Assembly (NCBI GenBank): GCA_964442705.1
Contig: CAYUAQ010000004.1
Coordinates: 4,512 to 68,511 of the forward strand
From: an uncultured Desulfobacteraceae bacterium
GTDB lineage: Bacteria > Desulfobacterota > Desulfobacteria > Desulfobacterales > JALSRD01
DNA length: 64,000 nt
Reading direction: 5' to 3'
The position numbers were made by a program, and so were the translations under genes. This document shows positions 17,243 through 27,380 of this stretch, piece by piece (the first letter of the stretch is position 1; each line of letters opens with the position of its first letter). A model generated the notes under the pieces. The model was given only the letters and a program-made list of their open reading frames with translations, ran no database searches and had not been told where the DNA came from.

Positions 17243-18184
17243 ATGAAATGGATCGAAGCCAGCGTCTTTTTCAGTCCGGACCGGCAGGGCCTGGCGCCGG
17301 ACCTGATTACCGATATTTTCCTGGGTTTGGGCGCCAAGGGGGTAGTGATCGAGGACCCGGACCTCGAGCCTTCGGACGTCTGGGCCGAAGAGGCCGTCCA
17401 CCGGCCCGACCGCCACGCCGTGGGCGCCTACTTCCCGGTGGACAGCCAACTGGCCAGACGGCGCATGATGCTTGAAGAAAGGCTCCGCCGGCTGCGCCTG
17501 CGTCACGGCATAGACTGGCAGGTGGCGTATCGACAGATAGATGAACAGGACTGGGCCGAGTCGTGGAAAGCCTATTTCGGGCCCCAGCGCATTTCCGACC
17601 GCCTGGTGATCAAGCCCACCTGGCGCCATTTTCAAGCCGGACCCCAGGATATCGTGCTGGAAATCGACCCCGGCATGGCTTTCGGCACCGGCACACACCC
17701 TACCACGGCCCTGTGCCTGCGTATGATCGAAAAGCACCTGATCCCGGGCCAGTGCCTGCTGGACGTGGGCACCGGTTCAGGCATTCTGATGGTGGCCGCC
17801 GCCAAGCTGGGTGGCGCTTACCTGGTGGGCGTAGACAGTGATCTGCTGGCTGTGGAAACGGCCCGCCGCAACCTGGTCCAGAACCGCGTTGAAGCCGGCC
17901 GTTTTGCGCTGGTGGCCGGCAGCCTGATGACCCCGTTTTCCGGCAGGGCCAGATTCGACATGGTGGTGGCCAATATCCTGTCCGATGTGATCCTGAAACT
18001 GCTGGACGATGTCGGCCGACACCTGTCACCCCGGGGTCTGTTCATATGTTCGGGCATTATCGAAGATCATCGGGAGGCGGTCATGGCTAAAATGAAAAGC
18101 GTGCGGCTTCAGCCGGTGGATCTGGCGCATCAGGAATCATGGGTGTGTATCGCCGGCAGCTTGCCGGGAGGCACCGCCGGGTGA
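17243..18184 (+). CDS. prmA: Ribosomal protein L11 methyltransferase
   Basis: PrmA pattern: W.E.W..YF.P, DPGMAFGTGTHPTT, LDVGTGSGIL, ANIL. Confidence 0.85.
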   Translation: MKWIEASVFFSPDRQGLAPDLITDIFLGLGAKGVVIEDPDLEPSDVWAEEAVHRPDRHAVGAYFPVDSQLARRRMMLEERLRRLRLRHGIDWQVAYRQIDEQDWAESWKAYFGPQRISDRLVIKPTWRHFQAGPQDIVLEIDPGMAFGTGTHPTTALCLRMIEKHLIPGQCLLDVGTGSGILMVAAAKLGGAYLVGVDSDLLAVETARRNLVQNRVEAGRFALVAGSLMTPFSGRARFDMVVANILSDVILKLLDDVGRHLSPRGLFICSGIIEDHREAVMAKMKSVRLQPVDLAHQESWVCIAGSLPGGTAG

Positions 18185-18192
18185 CTCTGGAG

Positions 18193-20526
18193 ATGCGCAT
18201 CGCCGTGCGGGACCTGGTGGCGTTCGTCCTGCGCCGGGGGAATCTGCGGCGTGAGTTTTCAGGGCCCTCGCGGGCCGTGGAGGCCATCCGCGCCCACCAG
18301 CGTATTCAGCAATCGCGCCCCCCCGGCTACTGTGCCGAGGTGCCGGTGGGCCTGGAAGTGGCCCGGGATGACGTGCTGCTGACAATAGGCGGGCGCATCG
18401 ACGGGGTTTTCAAGCGCAAAGGGACGGTGGTGATCGAGGAAATCAAGACCACCACCGGGAACCTGACTGAATTGAACCAGGAAGGTGATGCCCTCCACTG
18501 GGGCCAGTTGAAAAGCTACGGCTATCTGTACGGCAGCCAATTCGAGCTTTCCGAGGTGGTCCTCCAGCTGACTTACTGCCACCTGGATACGCGAAAAACC
18601 CGGCAGCTTCAAAAGACCTGCTCCCTGGACCAGCTGGCGTTTTTTTTCGAGGAGCTGGTGACCTGCTACCTGAAGTGGGCGGGTACCATCGCCGACTGGC
18701 ACCGCTGCCGGAATGAATCCATTTCCCGGCTGGATTTTCCTTACGCGCGCTACCGCGCCGGCCAGCGCGATATGGCGGTTCACACCTACCGCGCCATCCG
18801 CGACCGGACGCAGCTGATGATCCAGGCGGCCACCGGCATCGGCAAGACCATGGGGGTGCTCTTTCCGGCGGTAAAGGCGCTGGGCGAGGGGCTGTGCCGC
18901 AGAATTTTCTTTCTGACGGCCCGCACCACGGGAAGGCAGGCGGCCGAAAGCGCCCTCGATGACCTGCGGGCCGGGGGGCTGCGCCTGAAGTCGGTGACGC
19001 TCACGGCCCGGGAGAAGATCTGTTTCCATCCGGAGGGCGAATGCACGGCCGAGGCCTGTCAGTTCGCCCGCGGGTACTACGACCGGCTGACGCCGGCCCT
19101 GGAGGCCGCATTCCGCCAGGATGCCTTCAGCCGGAAAACGCTGGAAGATCTCTGTCGGGAGCACCGCTTGTGCCCCTTTTTCTTTTCCCTGGAGCTTTCC
19201 CCGTGGTGCGACGCCGTCATTTGCGACTACAACTATGCCTTCGATCCACGGGTCTATCTGCGCAACTTTTTTCTGGAGGGCAGCGGCGACAACCTGCTGC
19301 TCATCGACGAAGCCCACAACCTGGCCGAGCGTTCCCGCGACATGTTCTCGGCCGCCCTGTCCAAACAGGCCTTTCTGGATGTCCGCCGCCCGCTTCGGCA
19401 GGCACAGCCTCGGCTTTACCGCACCCTGGGCCGCATCAACACGCTCCTGGTGCAGTACCGACGCCGCTGCCAGGCGGCCGGCGGTGCCCTGGCCGAGCCT
19501 GAACCGCCGTCAGACCTGGTGTTGCTGCTGGCCGGTTTTTTGCGGCAGGCCGAAAGTGTACTGGTCGGCGCGACCACAGCCGCCGCGCGGGAAGCCCTGC
19601 TGGAGCTCTACTTCTCTGTTTGCGGTTTTCTGCGGGTGGCCGAACAGTTCGACGAATCCTACAGTACCTGCCTGCAAACGAATGGCCGGGATCTGGTGGT
19701 GCGGCTGTTCTGCCTGGACCCTTCGCGGCAGCTGGCCGGAGCCTTGGCCCGAGGCTGCGCGGCCGTCTTTTTCTCGGCCACCCTGACACCCCGGCACTAC
19801 TTCGGACGCATTTTCGGCTGCGGGGAGGATACACCCCTGCTGGACCTGCCGTCGCCGTTTCCCCCGGAAAACCTGGGTGTGTTTATCGCCGACCGAATCT
19901 CTACGCTCTATCGGCAGCGCAGCAGCACGGCAGCTGCCGTCGCCGAGGTGATCACCACCCTGGTGTCCGCCCGCCGGGGAAACTACCTGGTCTTTTTCCC
20001 ATCCTATGAATACCTGGAACTGGTTCACGCAGCCTGCCTGCCGGGACTTTCAGAGGCGCGGGTGATGGTTCAGCATCTCGGCATGCATGAAGATGAACGG
20101 GAGGCTTTCGTAGACGGCTTCAGACACGGAGGTGAAGGCACCCTGGTGGGCTTTGCCGTTCTGGGAGGTGTTTTCGGAGAGGGAATCGATCTGGTCGGCG
20201 ATCGGCTCAGCGGGGTGGCTATCGTGGGGGTAGGACTGCCCGGCATCTGCCAGGAGCGCGAATTGATACGGACCTGTTTTGAGGAAAAGGCGCGTCGCGG
20301 GTTTGAATTCGCCTACCTCTATCCCGGTATCAACCGTGTGCTTCAGGCTGCCGGCCGGGTGATCCGCACGGCGGCCGACCGCGGCGTGGTGCTGCTCATC
20401 GACCGGCGCTACGCAACCCATCGCTACCGCGCCCTGTTGCCGGCCGCCTGGAGACCCCGGGGCGTGGCCGATACGCCGGCACTGGCCGGCGCCCTGAAGA
20501 CATTCTGGGGGCCTTCGACCTCCTGA
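18193..20526 (+). CDS. PD-(D/E)xK nuclease domain fused to an XPD/DinG-family (Rad3-like) Fe-S helicase
   Basis: N-terminus GRIDGV...VIEEIKT (D...ExK nuclease motif). Walker A AATGIGKT. Cys cluster ICFHPEGECTAEAC...LCPFF. DEAH box IDEAHNL. C-terminal GVFGEGIDL helicase domain. Confidence 0.7.
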   Translation: MRIAVRDLVAFVLRRGNLRREFSGPSRAVEAIRAHQRIQQSRPPGYCAEVPVGLEVARDDVLLTIGGRIDGVFKRKGTVVIEEIKTTTGNLTELNQEGDALHWGQLKSYGYLYGSQFELSEVVLQLTYCHLDTRKTRQLQKTCSLDQLAFFFEELVTCYLKWAGTIADWHRCRNESISRLDFPYARYRAGQRDMAVHTYRAIRDRTQLMIQAATGIGKTMGVLFPAVKALGEGLCRRIFFLTARTTGRQAAESALDDLRAGGLRLKSVTLTAREKICFHPEGECTAEACQFARGYYDRLTPALEAAFRQDAFSRKTLEDLCREHRLCPFFFSLELSPWCDAVICDYNYAFDPRVYLRNFFLEGSGDNLLLIDEAHNLAERSRDMFSAALSKQAFLDVRRPLRQAQPRLYRTLGRINTLLVQYRRRCQAAGGALAEPEPPSDLVLLLAGFLRQAESVLVGATTAAAREALLELYFSVCGFLRVAEQFDESYSTCLQTNGRDLVVRLFCLDPSRQLAGALARGCAAVFFSATLTPRHYFGRIFGCGEDTPLLDLPSPFPPENLGVFIADRISTLYRQRSSTAAAVAEVITTLVSARRGNYLVFFPSYEYLELVHAACLPGLSEARVMVQHLGMHEDEREAFVDGFRHGGEGTLVGFAVLGGVFGEGIDLVGDRLSGVAIVGVGLPGICQERELIRTCFEEKARRGFEFAYLYPGINRVLQAAGRVIRTAADRGVVLLIDRRYATHRYRALLPAAWRPRGVADTPALAGALKTFWGPSTS

Positions 20527-20670
20527 ACTCCCGGCGAGCGTGGGCCTGACGGCATGTGTGCCGGCCGGTTCAGCAGAAACGGCGGCGCCGGTCCCCTCCG
20601 GCTTCACGTACCTGCAAGTTTACATAATGCCTGAGATTTGAAAATTCACTATCATTAAATGCAATAAATG

Positions 20671-20699
20671 TTGACATTTATAGGCTAAACCCTTATATG
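20671..20699 (+). promoter_or_regulatory. Candidate sigma-70 promoter for the OMP gene
   Basis: TTGACA (20671-20676), a 17-nt spacer, then TATATG (20694-20699), inside an AT-rich gap. This favours ATG 20757 (RBS GGGGG) as the start rather than 20697. Confidence 0.4.
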
Positions 20700-20756
20700 A
20701 TGCCTTCTTTTTTGTTGGCGATTTTTTTTCACTATTCCAAAAATACAGGGGGTGTC

Positions 20757-21428
20757 ATGGGAAAACGTCTGGCGGGGTGCCTGGTTGTAGCGGCGATGCT
20801 AATCATCGGACTGGGCGGCGGCAACGCCCAGGCCGGGAGCGGTTTCTACCTTGGGGTGGGCGGATCTTACGCCTTCAGCGAAATCGACAACGATACGTTA
20901 TCCGACCTCACGGGCATCTCCGATCTGGAAGACCTGGACATCAACATTGATTTCGGCGATACGTACGGTTTCAACGCTCGTCTGGGCTGGCGGCCGCTGA
21001 ATTTTTTCGCCCTGGAGCTGAACTTCGATTATCTGCCGGGCTTTGATGCCGGAAACACCCTGACGCTTTTCGACCTGCCGGTCTCGGTGGACACCAGTAT
21101 AGACATCATGACACTCATGCTGGACGCCAAGCTGATTCCCCTGCGGCTGGGACCCGTCGAGTTCAGCATCTTCGGCGGTGTCGGCGCCATGAAGGCCGAC
21201 TTGGACCTCACCGCCTCGTCGGCTTGGCGTGGCGAACGTGTCGCGGCCTCAACAAGCGACACCCTGGTGTGCGGAGAGCTGGGAATCGGTGTCGGCGTGG
21301 CGCTGGGGCGGCACATCAACCTGGGTGTCGAGGGCAGCTACGTGGGCGGCTTCGGCGATGTCGGCGATTACAACTACGGTATCGGCTACTTCCTGATCAC
21401 CGGCGGAATCGATTTTTATTTCAAATAG
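20757..21428 (+). CDS. Outer-membrane beta-barrel protein (OmpA-like/OMP_b-brl family)
   Basis: Signal peptide ...IGLGGGNAQA, alternating aromatic/Gly beta-strand pattern, and a C-terminal ...GIDFYFK ending in Phe-x typical of OMPs. Confidence 0.6.
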   Translation: MGKRLAGCLVVAAMLIIGLGGGNAQAGSGFYLGVGGSYAFSEIDNDTLSDLTGISDLEDLDINIDFGDTYGFNARLGWRPLNFFALELNFDYLPGFDAGNTLTLFDLPVSVDTSIDIMTLMLDAKLIPLRLGPVEFSIFGGVGAMKADLDLTASSAWRGERVAASTSDTLVCGELGIGVGVALGRHINLGVEGSYVGGFGDVGDYNYGIGYFLITGGIDFYFK

Positions 21429-21488
21429 CATCCCTCTGCGGGGCGGCCGCGGGATATGTTCTCCGGCGGTCCGGCGTTTTCGGCAAGG

Positions 21489-21896
21489 CTATTCCATGGC
21501 CAGCAGTTGGCGGATTTCGGTGACCTCGAAGACCACGGCCGCCTGAATCATTTTGGCGGCGTCGCTGCCGGCAAGCTGGGCGATTTTTCCCCTTATGCCG
21601 TCCAGGAGAGGGCCCTCTTTGCGCAGTTCCCTGACGTTCAGATACAGCCGGTAGCCGGCGGTCGTGAAGGTAACCGGACTTTCGGCGATGGCCAGAAAGA
21701 CGGCTTTGGGGTTCTGCTCGAGATTTTTCAGGCTGCGGTTGCTGCCCAGCCCCATGACCAGGGTGCCGTTTTCCATCAGGCGGGGGCTTCCGAAATAGGC
21801 CACGTTGGGCTGGCCCTGACTGTCGGCGGTGCCCAGAATGCCTATGCGTCCGGGTTTGTTGACGGTTTCCAGCAGTTCCTTGGTGATTTCGGTCAT
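21489..21896 (-). CDS. Pyridoxamine 5'-phosphate oxidase-like FMN-binding split-barrel protein
   Basis: Size and pattern (..GILGTADSQGQPNVAYFGS...LVMGLG.NRSLKNLEQNPKAVF) fit the PNPOx-like family. Confidence 0.55.
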   Translation of the reverse strand: MTEITKELLETVNKPGRIGILGTADSQGQPNVAYFGSPRLMENGTLVMGLGSNRSLKNLEQNPKAVFLAIAESPVTFTTAGYRLYLNVRELRKEGPLLDGIRGKIAQLAGSDAAKMIQAAVVFEVTEIRQLLAME

Positions 21897-21957
21897 CTTT
21901 TCCTCCTCATGGTTTATTAAAAGCCGGTGGCATCCCTGTACTGGAACCAGGGGGTTT

Positions 21958-22857
21958 TCACGCTCTCTTGATGATGATCTCCCGGCCCTCTTTCCGCCAC
22001 TCGGCGAATTCGGCTACGGCTGTAAACAAGGCGTCGGTGGAAGAGTTGAGACCGGTTTCAACCGAATCCTGAACCACGCCGATAACGAATCCTATGCCGA
22101 CTACCTTCATTGCCACATCATTGGGAATGCCGAACAAGCTGCAGGCCAGCGGAATAAGGAGCAATGAACCGCCCGCCACACCCGAGGCGCCACAGGCGCT
22201 CACCGCGGCTAGAATACTCAAGAGAAGCGCCGTGCCGATGTCCACTTTAATGCCCAGTGTGTGGACGGCTGCCAGGGTGAACACGGAAATTGTAATGGCG
22301 GCGCCGGCCATGTTTATTGTGGCGCCTAGAGGAATTGAAACAGAGTACATGTCTTTTTCCAATCCCAAATCTTCACACAGCTCCATGTTTACGGGGATAT
22401 TGGCAGCCGAACTTCTGGTAAAGAACGCTGTGATGCCGCTGTCCTTCAGGCACCTGAATACCAAGGGGTAAGGGTTTTTCCTGATCATGACGAATGCGAT
22501 GATCGGGTTTACGACAAGCGCCATAAAGGCCATGCATCCAAGCAACAGCCCCAATAGACGTCCGTAGTCGAGCAGTGCCCCGATGCCATGTTCGGAAATG
22601 GAAGTATACACCAGCCCCATGATGCCAAGGGGTGCCAGGTCGATCACCCATCTGACTACCTGGGATAATGCATCCGACATGTTGCTGATCACGTCTTTAG
22701 TGGCCGGCAAGGCGGCCTTCAGCGCTATGCCCAACAGCAATGCCCAGGCCAGGACACCGATATAATTTGCCTGCACAATAGCGTTGAGGGGATTGTCTAC
22801 CACGTTCATCAGCAGCGCTTTCAAAACGTCAACCACTCCGCTAAAAATCACTTTCAT
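21958..22857 (-). pseudogene. sstT: SstT-like serine/threonine:Na+ symporter lacking the N-terminal ~120 residues (gene remnant or truncated variant)
   Basis: The 299-aa ORF aligns with E. coli SstT from about residue 125 to the end (NPL.A...[61 protein letters not shown]). The glyA stop lies only 23 nt upstream of its first ATG, so there is no room for the missing TM1-3. Confidence 0.5.
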
Positions 22858-22880
22858 CCGCCCGGAATACAGATTCTTGA

Positions 22881-24128
22881 CTACTGGCGAAGCAAAGGGT
22901 GTTGTTCACAAAGATTGCGCATCTCGCCACGCACACGTTCCAGCAGTGCCGCGTCACCGGGCGCTTTCATGACAGCCACAATGGCCCGGCCGATATGTGC
23001 CATTTCGGTTTCACCCATGCCCCGCGAGGTCACTGCCGGGGTGCCTATGCGCACGCCGCTGGTCACGGTGGGACCCTGGCGATCGAAGGGGATGGCGTTC
23101 TTGTTGACGGTGATGCCGGCCTCCCCCAGGGCTTCTTCGGCATCCCGGCCCGTGATGCCCAGGGCGGTGAGATCCGTGAGCATCATGTGGTTGTCGGTGC
23201 CGCCGGCCACCAGGCGCACACCGCCGGCGGTCAGCGCCTGCCCCAGGGTCTTGGCGTTCTTGATCACCCGTGTCTGGTATGCTTTGAAATCATCGGTGAG
23301 TGCTTCGGCCAGGGCCAGTGCTTTGGCCCCGATGACATGCATCAGCGGTCCTCCCTGGATGCCCGGAAAGATCTGCTTGTCGATGCGCCGCCCTATATCT
23401 TCGGAGCGTGACAGAATCATGCCCCCCCGGGGGCCCCGCAAGGTCTTGTGCGTGGTGGTGGTGACCACGTCGGCGAAGGGCAGGGGCGAGGGATGCAGAC
23501 CGGCTGCCACCAGGCCCGCGATGTGGGCCATGTCCACCATCAGCAGCGCATCCACCTCGGCGGCGATGCCGGCGAAGGCCTCAAAGTCGATGTACCGCGG
23601 GTAGGCACTGGCGCCGGCGATGATCATTCTGGGGCGGTGCTTCAATGCCAGCTGACGGACTTCATCGGAGTCGATGGTTTCCCTCTCTCGGTGTACGCCG
23701 TAGTGCACGAAGTCGAAAAAACGGCCGGAGAAGTTTACCGGGCTGCCGTGGGTCAGGTGGCCACCGCAGGAAAGATCCATGCCCAGCACCTTGTCGCCGG
23801 CCTCCAGCAGGGCGAAAAGCACGGCCATGTTGGCCTGGGAGCCCGAGTGCGGCTGGACGTTGACCCAGGTGGCTTGAAAAAGCTTCCTGGCCCGCTCGAT
23901 GGCCAGGGTCTCCACCTCGTCAACGTACTCGCAGCCGCCGTAGTACCGCCGACGGGGATAGCCCTCCGCGTACTTGTTGGTCAGAACACTGCCCTGGACC
24001 GCCATGGCGGCTTGGCTGGCGATGTTCTCCGAAGCAATCAGTTCAATGGTTTCCTGCTGTCTCTTGATTTCCCGGCCGATGGCGGAGGCCATGGCCGGAT
24101 CGACTTTATTGATGATTTCCAGCTCCAT
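22881..24128 (-). CDS. glyA: Serine hydroxymethyltransferase
   Basis: Canonical SHMT sequence ([33 protein letters not shown]). Confidence 0.95.
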   Translation of the reverse strand: MELEIINKVDPAMASAIGREIKRQQETIELIASENIASQAAMAVQGSVLTNKYAEGYPRRRYYGGCEYVDEVETLAIERARKLFQATWVNVQPHSGSQANMAVLFALLEAGDKVLGMDLSCGGHLTHGSPVNFSGRFFDFVHYGVHRERETIDSDEVRQLALKHRPRMIIAGASAYPRYIDFEAFAGIAAEVDALLMVDMAHIAGLVAAGLHPSPLPFADVVTTTTHKTLRGPRGGMILSRSEDIGRRIDKQIFPGIQGGPLMHVIGAKALALAEALTDDFKAYQTRVIKNAKTLGQALTAGGVRLVAGGTDNHMMLTDLTALGITGRDAEEALGEAGITVNKNAIPFDRQGPTVTSGVRIGTPAVTSRGMGETEMAHIGRAIVAVMKAPGDAALLERVRGEMRNLCEQHPLLRQ

Positions 24129-24181
24129 TCGGGTTTCCTGTAAACGCTGTCGCCGCCGCCGCGCAGGCCGGCGGTCCGGTT

Positions 24182-25366
24182 TCAGATATTCAGTTCGCTT
24201 TTCACCGCGCTGAACTGGTCCATGGCGAAATCGAGGTCCTCGCGGGTGTGCAGGGCGCTGATTTGAGTCCGGATGCGTGCCTTGCCCATGGGGACCACCG
24301 GGTAGAAAAACCCGATGACGTAGACGCCCCTTTCCAGCATGCGGGCGGCCATCTTCTGGGCCAGTACGGCGTCTCCCAGCATGATGGGGGCAATGGGGTG
24401 GTCGCCGGGCCGGATATCGAAGCCGCGGGCGGTCATCTCACGCCGGAAATAATCGGTGTTTTCAGCCAGCCGGTCCCGCAGCTCGGTGGTAGTCGACAGC
24501 AACTCGATGGCCTTCAGGGATGCCGCCGCGATGGAGGGTGCCATGGTGTTGGAGAAAAGATAGGGTCGCGAGCGCTGGCGCAGCAGCTCCACGATCTCTT
24601 TGCGGGCGGCGGTGTAGCCGCCGCTGGCGCCCCCCAGGGCCTTGCCGAAGGTGCCGGTGAGGATGTCCACACGGTCCATGACACCGCAGTGCTCGTGGGT
24701 GCCGCGGCCGTGGGCCCCCACGAACCCGACGGCATGGGAGTCGTCGACCATGACCATGGCGTCGTATTTCTCCGCCAGGTCGCAGATCTCATCGAGGGGG
24801 GCGTAGTCACCGTCCATGGAAAAGACGCCGTCGGTGGCGATCATCCGTTTGCGGCAGTCGGCCGCCTGGGCCAGCTGCTTTTCCAGATCCTGCATGTCGT
24901 TGTGTTTGTAGCGCAGGCGCCGGGCTTTGCACAGGCGAATGCCGTCGATGATGGAAGCATGGTTGAGTTCGTCGCTGATGACGGCATCCTCCTTGGTCAG
25001 CAGGGTTTCAAAGAGTCCCCCGTTGGCATCGAAACACGACGTATACAGGATGGTGTCCTCGGTGCCCAGAAACGCCGAAACCGCGTCTTCGAGCTGTTTG
25101 TGAATCTGCTGGGTGCCGCAGATGAAGCGCACCGACGAAAGGCCGTAGCCCCACCGGTCCAGGGCCTCTCTGGCGGCCGCCAGCACCTCCGGATGGGTGG
25201 ACAGGCCCAGGTAGTTGTTGGCGCACATGTTCAGCACGCTGGTTTCCCCTCCCACTTTCACGTGGGCGGACTGAGGGGATGTCAGGATGCGCTCCTCTTT
25301 GAACAGACCGCTCTTACGGATCTCCTCAAGCTGGCCGATGAATTGCTCCCTTGCGTTTGCGTACAT
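24182..25366 (-). CDS. kbl: 2-amino-3-ketobutyrate CoA ligase (glycine C-acetyltransferase)
   Basis: Class-II aminotransferase/AONS family with [22 protein letters not shown] (PLP lysine) and a KBL-type N-terminus. Confidence 0.9.
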   Translation of the reverse strand: MYANAREQFIGQLEEIRKSGLFKEERILTSPQSAHVKVGGETSVLNMCANNYLGLSTHPEVLAAAREALDRWGYGLSSVRFICGTQQIHKQLEDAVSAFLGTEDTILYTSCFDANGGLFETLLTKEDAVISDELNHASIIDGIRLCKARRLRYKHNDMQDLEKQLAQAADCRKRMIATDGVFSMDGDYAPLDEICDLAEKYDAMVMVDDSHAVGFVGAHGRGTHEHCGVMDRVDILTGTFGKALGGASGGYTAARKEIVELLRQRSRPYLFSNTMAPSIAAASLKAIELLSTTTELRDRLAENTDYFRREMTARGFDIRPGDHPIAPIMLGDAVLAQKMAARMLERGVYVIGFFYPVVPMGKARIRTQISALHTREDLDFAMDQFSAVKSELNI

Positions 25367-25455
25367 GGCGGTCTCCTTCGGTATTTATCGGTTAAGCCCG
25401 GTGGAAATGGGTCTCGGTTCCACACGGGCACGCACGGGGCGTTCGTGGGTGGCGG

Positions 25456-26496
25456 CTATTCGTTTTCCCAGCCCAGGATCACCTTGCCGCTGTTTCCCGA
25501 GCGCATGACGTCAAAAGCCTCCTGAAAATCGGTGTAGTGGAAGTGATGGGTGATGACGGGGCGGATGTCCAGGCCGGTCTGAATCATGGAGGTCATCTTG
25601 TACCAGGTCTCGTACATCTCGCGGCCGTAAATCCCCTTGATGGTCAGGCCGTTGAAGACCACGAGGTCCCAGTCGATGGCGGTGTTTGCCGGCAGGATTC
25701 CCAGCAGCGCGATTTTGCCGCCGTGGCACATGTTGGACAGCATCGAGTTCAGGGCCGCCGGGTTGCCGGACATCTCCATGCCCACGTCGAAACCCTCTTT
25801 CATGCCCAGTTCCTGCTGGGCTTTTTCGATACGCTGGGTGCGCACATCCAGGGCCATGGTGGCGCCCAGCTTCTTGGCCAGTTCCAGCCGATAGGGGTTG
25901 ACGTCGGTGACCACCACGTAACGCGCGCCGGCGTGTCTGGCGATGGCCGCCGCCATGCACCCGATGGGACCGGCGCCGGTAATCAGGACGTCTTCACCCA
26001 GCACGTCGAAAGACAGTGCCGTGTGGGTGGCGTTTCCCAGGGGGTCGAAACAGGCCAGGATGTCGGTGGGAATGCGGGTGTCGCAGTACCACACGTTGGT
26101 CACCGGGAGGCTGAGATATTCGGCAAAGCAGCCCTGGCGGTTGACCCCCACACCGCTGGTGTGGTTGCACAGATGGCGGCGGCCGGCCAGGCAGTTGCGG
26201 CAGCGGCCGCAGACCACGTGGCCTTCGCCGGAAACCAGGTCGCCGGGCTTGAAGTCGTGCACGTTGCTGCCGATCTCGGCCACCTGGCCCACGAATTCGT
26301 GGCCGACGGGCATGGGCACCGGAATGGTTTTCCGGGCCCACTCGTCCCAGTTGTATATATGCACATCAGTGCCGCAAATGGCGGTTTTCTTTATTTTAAT
26401 CAGCACATCGTTGATACCGATTTCGGGAACCGGTACTTCCTCGAGCCACAGCCCCTCCTCGGCTTTTGCCTTGACCAGTGCTTTCATACCAGCCAT
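25456..26496 (-). CDS. tdh: L-threonine 3-dehydrogenase
   Basis: Zn-ADH fold ([29 protein letters not shown]) closely like E. coli Tdh. ATG 26496 is preceded by GGAAGGGGGG. Confidence 0.9.
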   Translation of the reverse strand: MAGMKALVKAKAEEGLWLEEVPVPEIGINDVLIKIKKTAICGTDVHIYNWDEWARKTIPVPMPVGHEFVGQVAEIGSNVHDFKPGDLVSGEGHVVCGRCRNCLAGRRHLCNHTSGVGVNRQGCFAEYLSLPVTNVWYCDTRIPTDILACFDPLGNATHTALSFDVLGEDVLITGAGPIGCMAAAIARHAGARYVVVTDVNPYRLELAKKLGATMALDVRTQRIEKAQQELGMKEGFDVGMEMSGNPAALNSMLSNMCHGGKIALLGILPANTAIDWDLVVFNGLTIKGIYGREMYETWYKMTSMIQTGLDIRPVITHHFHYTDFQEAFDVMRSGNSGKVILGWENE

Positions 26497-26838
26497 GTTT
26501 CCCCCCTTCCGTGGGTATCTGAACGCTTCGAGAGGCCGGCGGAAGCCAGCCGTGAACGCCTGCACTGCTCATCAGCAGTGACGCTGTACCTCTCTAATAA
26601 AGGCCGCAACAGACCCTAAAGTCAACCCATTTTATGGGCAGGGATGCCGTCTACAGGGATGCAAGGCCTGCGGGTGCGGTTTTGCATTTGAATTCGGGCG
26701 GTATCTTGTGTAAACTGGTGCGCGGAATTTATGATTTCAAACATTGAGAGAACAGCAACGAGGACTCCCGGGGCCTGTTCATGGCAGGCAGTGGAAGCCG
26801 GGAATTCCCCCTTCATCTCCGATCAACAGGAGGCCAAA

Positions 26839-27165
26839 ATGAAAACTGTCGGGCGCCTGTTCGCTATCTTGCTGCCGGCCATCGGGTTTTTGGGTGCCGC
26901 GGCACCCGCAGTGGCATTCAGAACGGACCTTACCAATTACCGCTGCTCCGGCAGTCTCGTTTTCATCGGGGACTCCGAACGCCGGCTCGCCGACCGGTGC
27001 GGCGACCCGGATGACTCCTTTGTGGACAACAACAGCGATGTGTGGGTGTACAATTTCGGCGAGTCGCGGTTCGTCTACTATTTTACCTTCACCAACGGGC
27101 GGCTTCAGCGCATTCAGCAGGTAGCCTGTGATGTAGACAATCCGGACTGTCCCTACTTCCGCTGA
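26839..27165 (+). CDS. Small secreted Cys-containing protein (DUF2845-like)
   Basis: AGGAGG RBS, signal peptide MKTVGRLFAILLPAIGFLGAAAPAVA, then the C..G.....G....V...CG.P....W.Y pattern. Confidence 0.5.
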   Translation: MKTVGRLFAILLPAIGFLGAAAPAVAFRTDLTNYRCSGSLVFIGDSERRLADRCGDPDDSFVDNNSDVWVYNFGESRFVYYFTFTNGRLQRIQQVACDVDNPDCPYFR

Positions 27166-27304
27166 AAGCCGATCTTCAGGTAAAAGCCCGCCTCAGCAGA
27201 CCACTTCTGCGGTCCCACACGGTGGCCGAGGGTGCCTTTAAAGAAAAGTCAGGCGCTGGCCGATAACCTTCCTACGGCGATTACATCGTCGCGAATCAAC
27301 CGAT

Positions 27305-27332
27305 CCGCCTGTGCAGGCGGTTCATGATTTTT
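27305..27332 (+). terminator. Candidate intrinsic terminator
   Basis: CCGCCTG-TG-CAGGCGG stem followed by TTCATGATTTTT. Confidence 0.45.
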
Positions 27333-27380
27333 ACTTTATTCGGATGACGGTAAGCCCGGGCCGACCGGGGAAAGGCCGCC

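Noticed and set aside
26563-26580. Hairpin CACTGCT-CATC-AGCAGTG upstream of tdh, considered as a possible riboswitch or attenuator element.
   Set aside because: It is a single short stem overlapping the discarded GTG start of the overextended ORF. It bears no resemblance to glycine or other riboswitch cores that I can recognise, so there is not enough evidence to annotate it.
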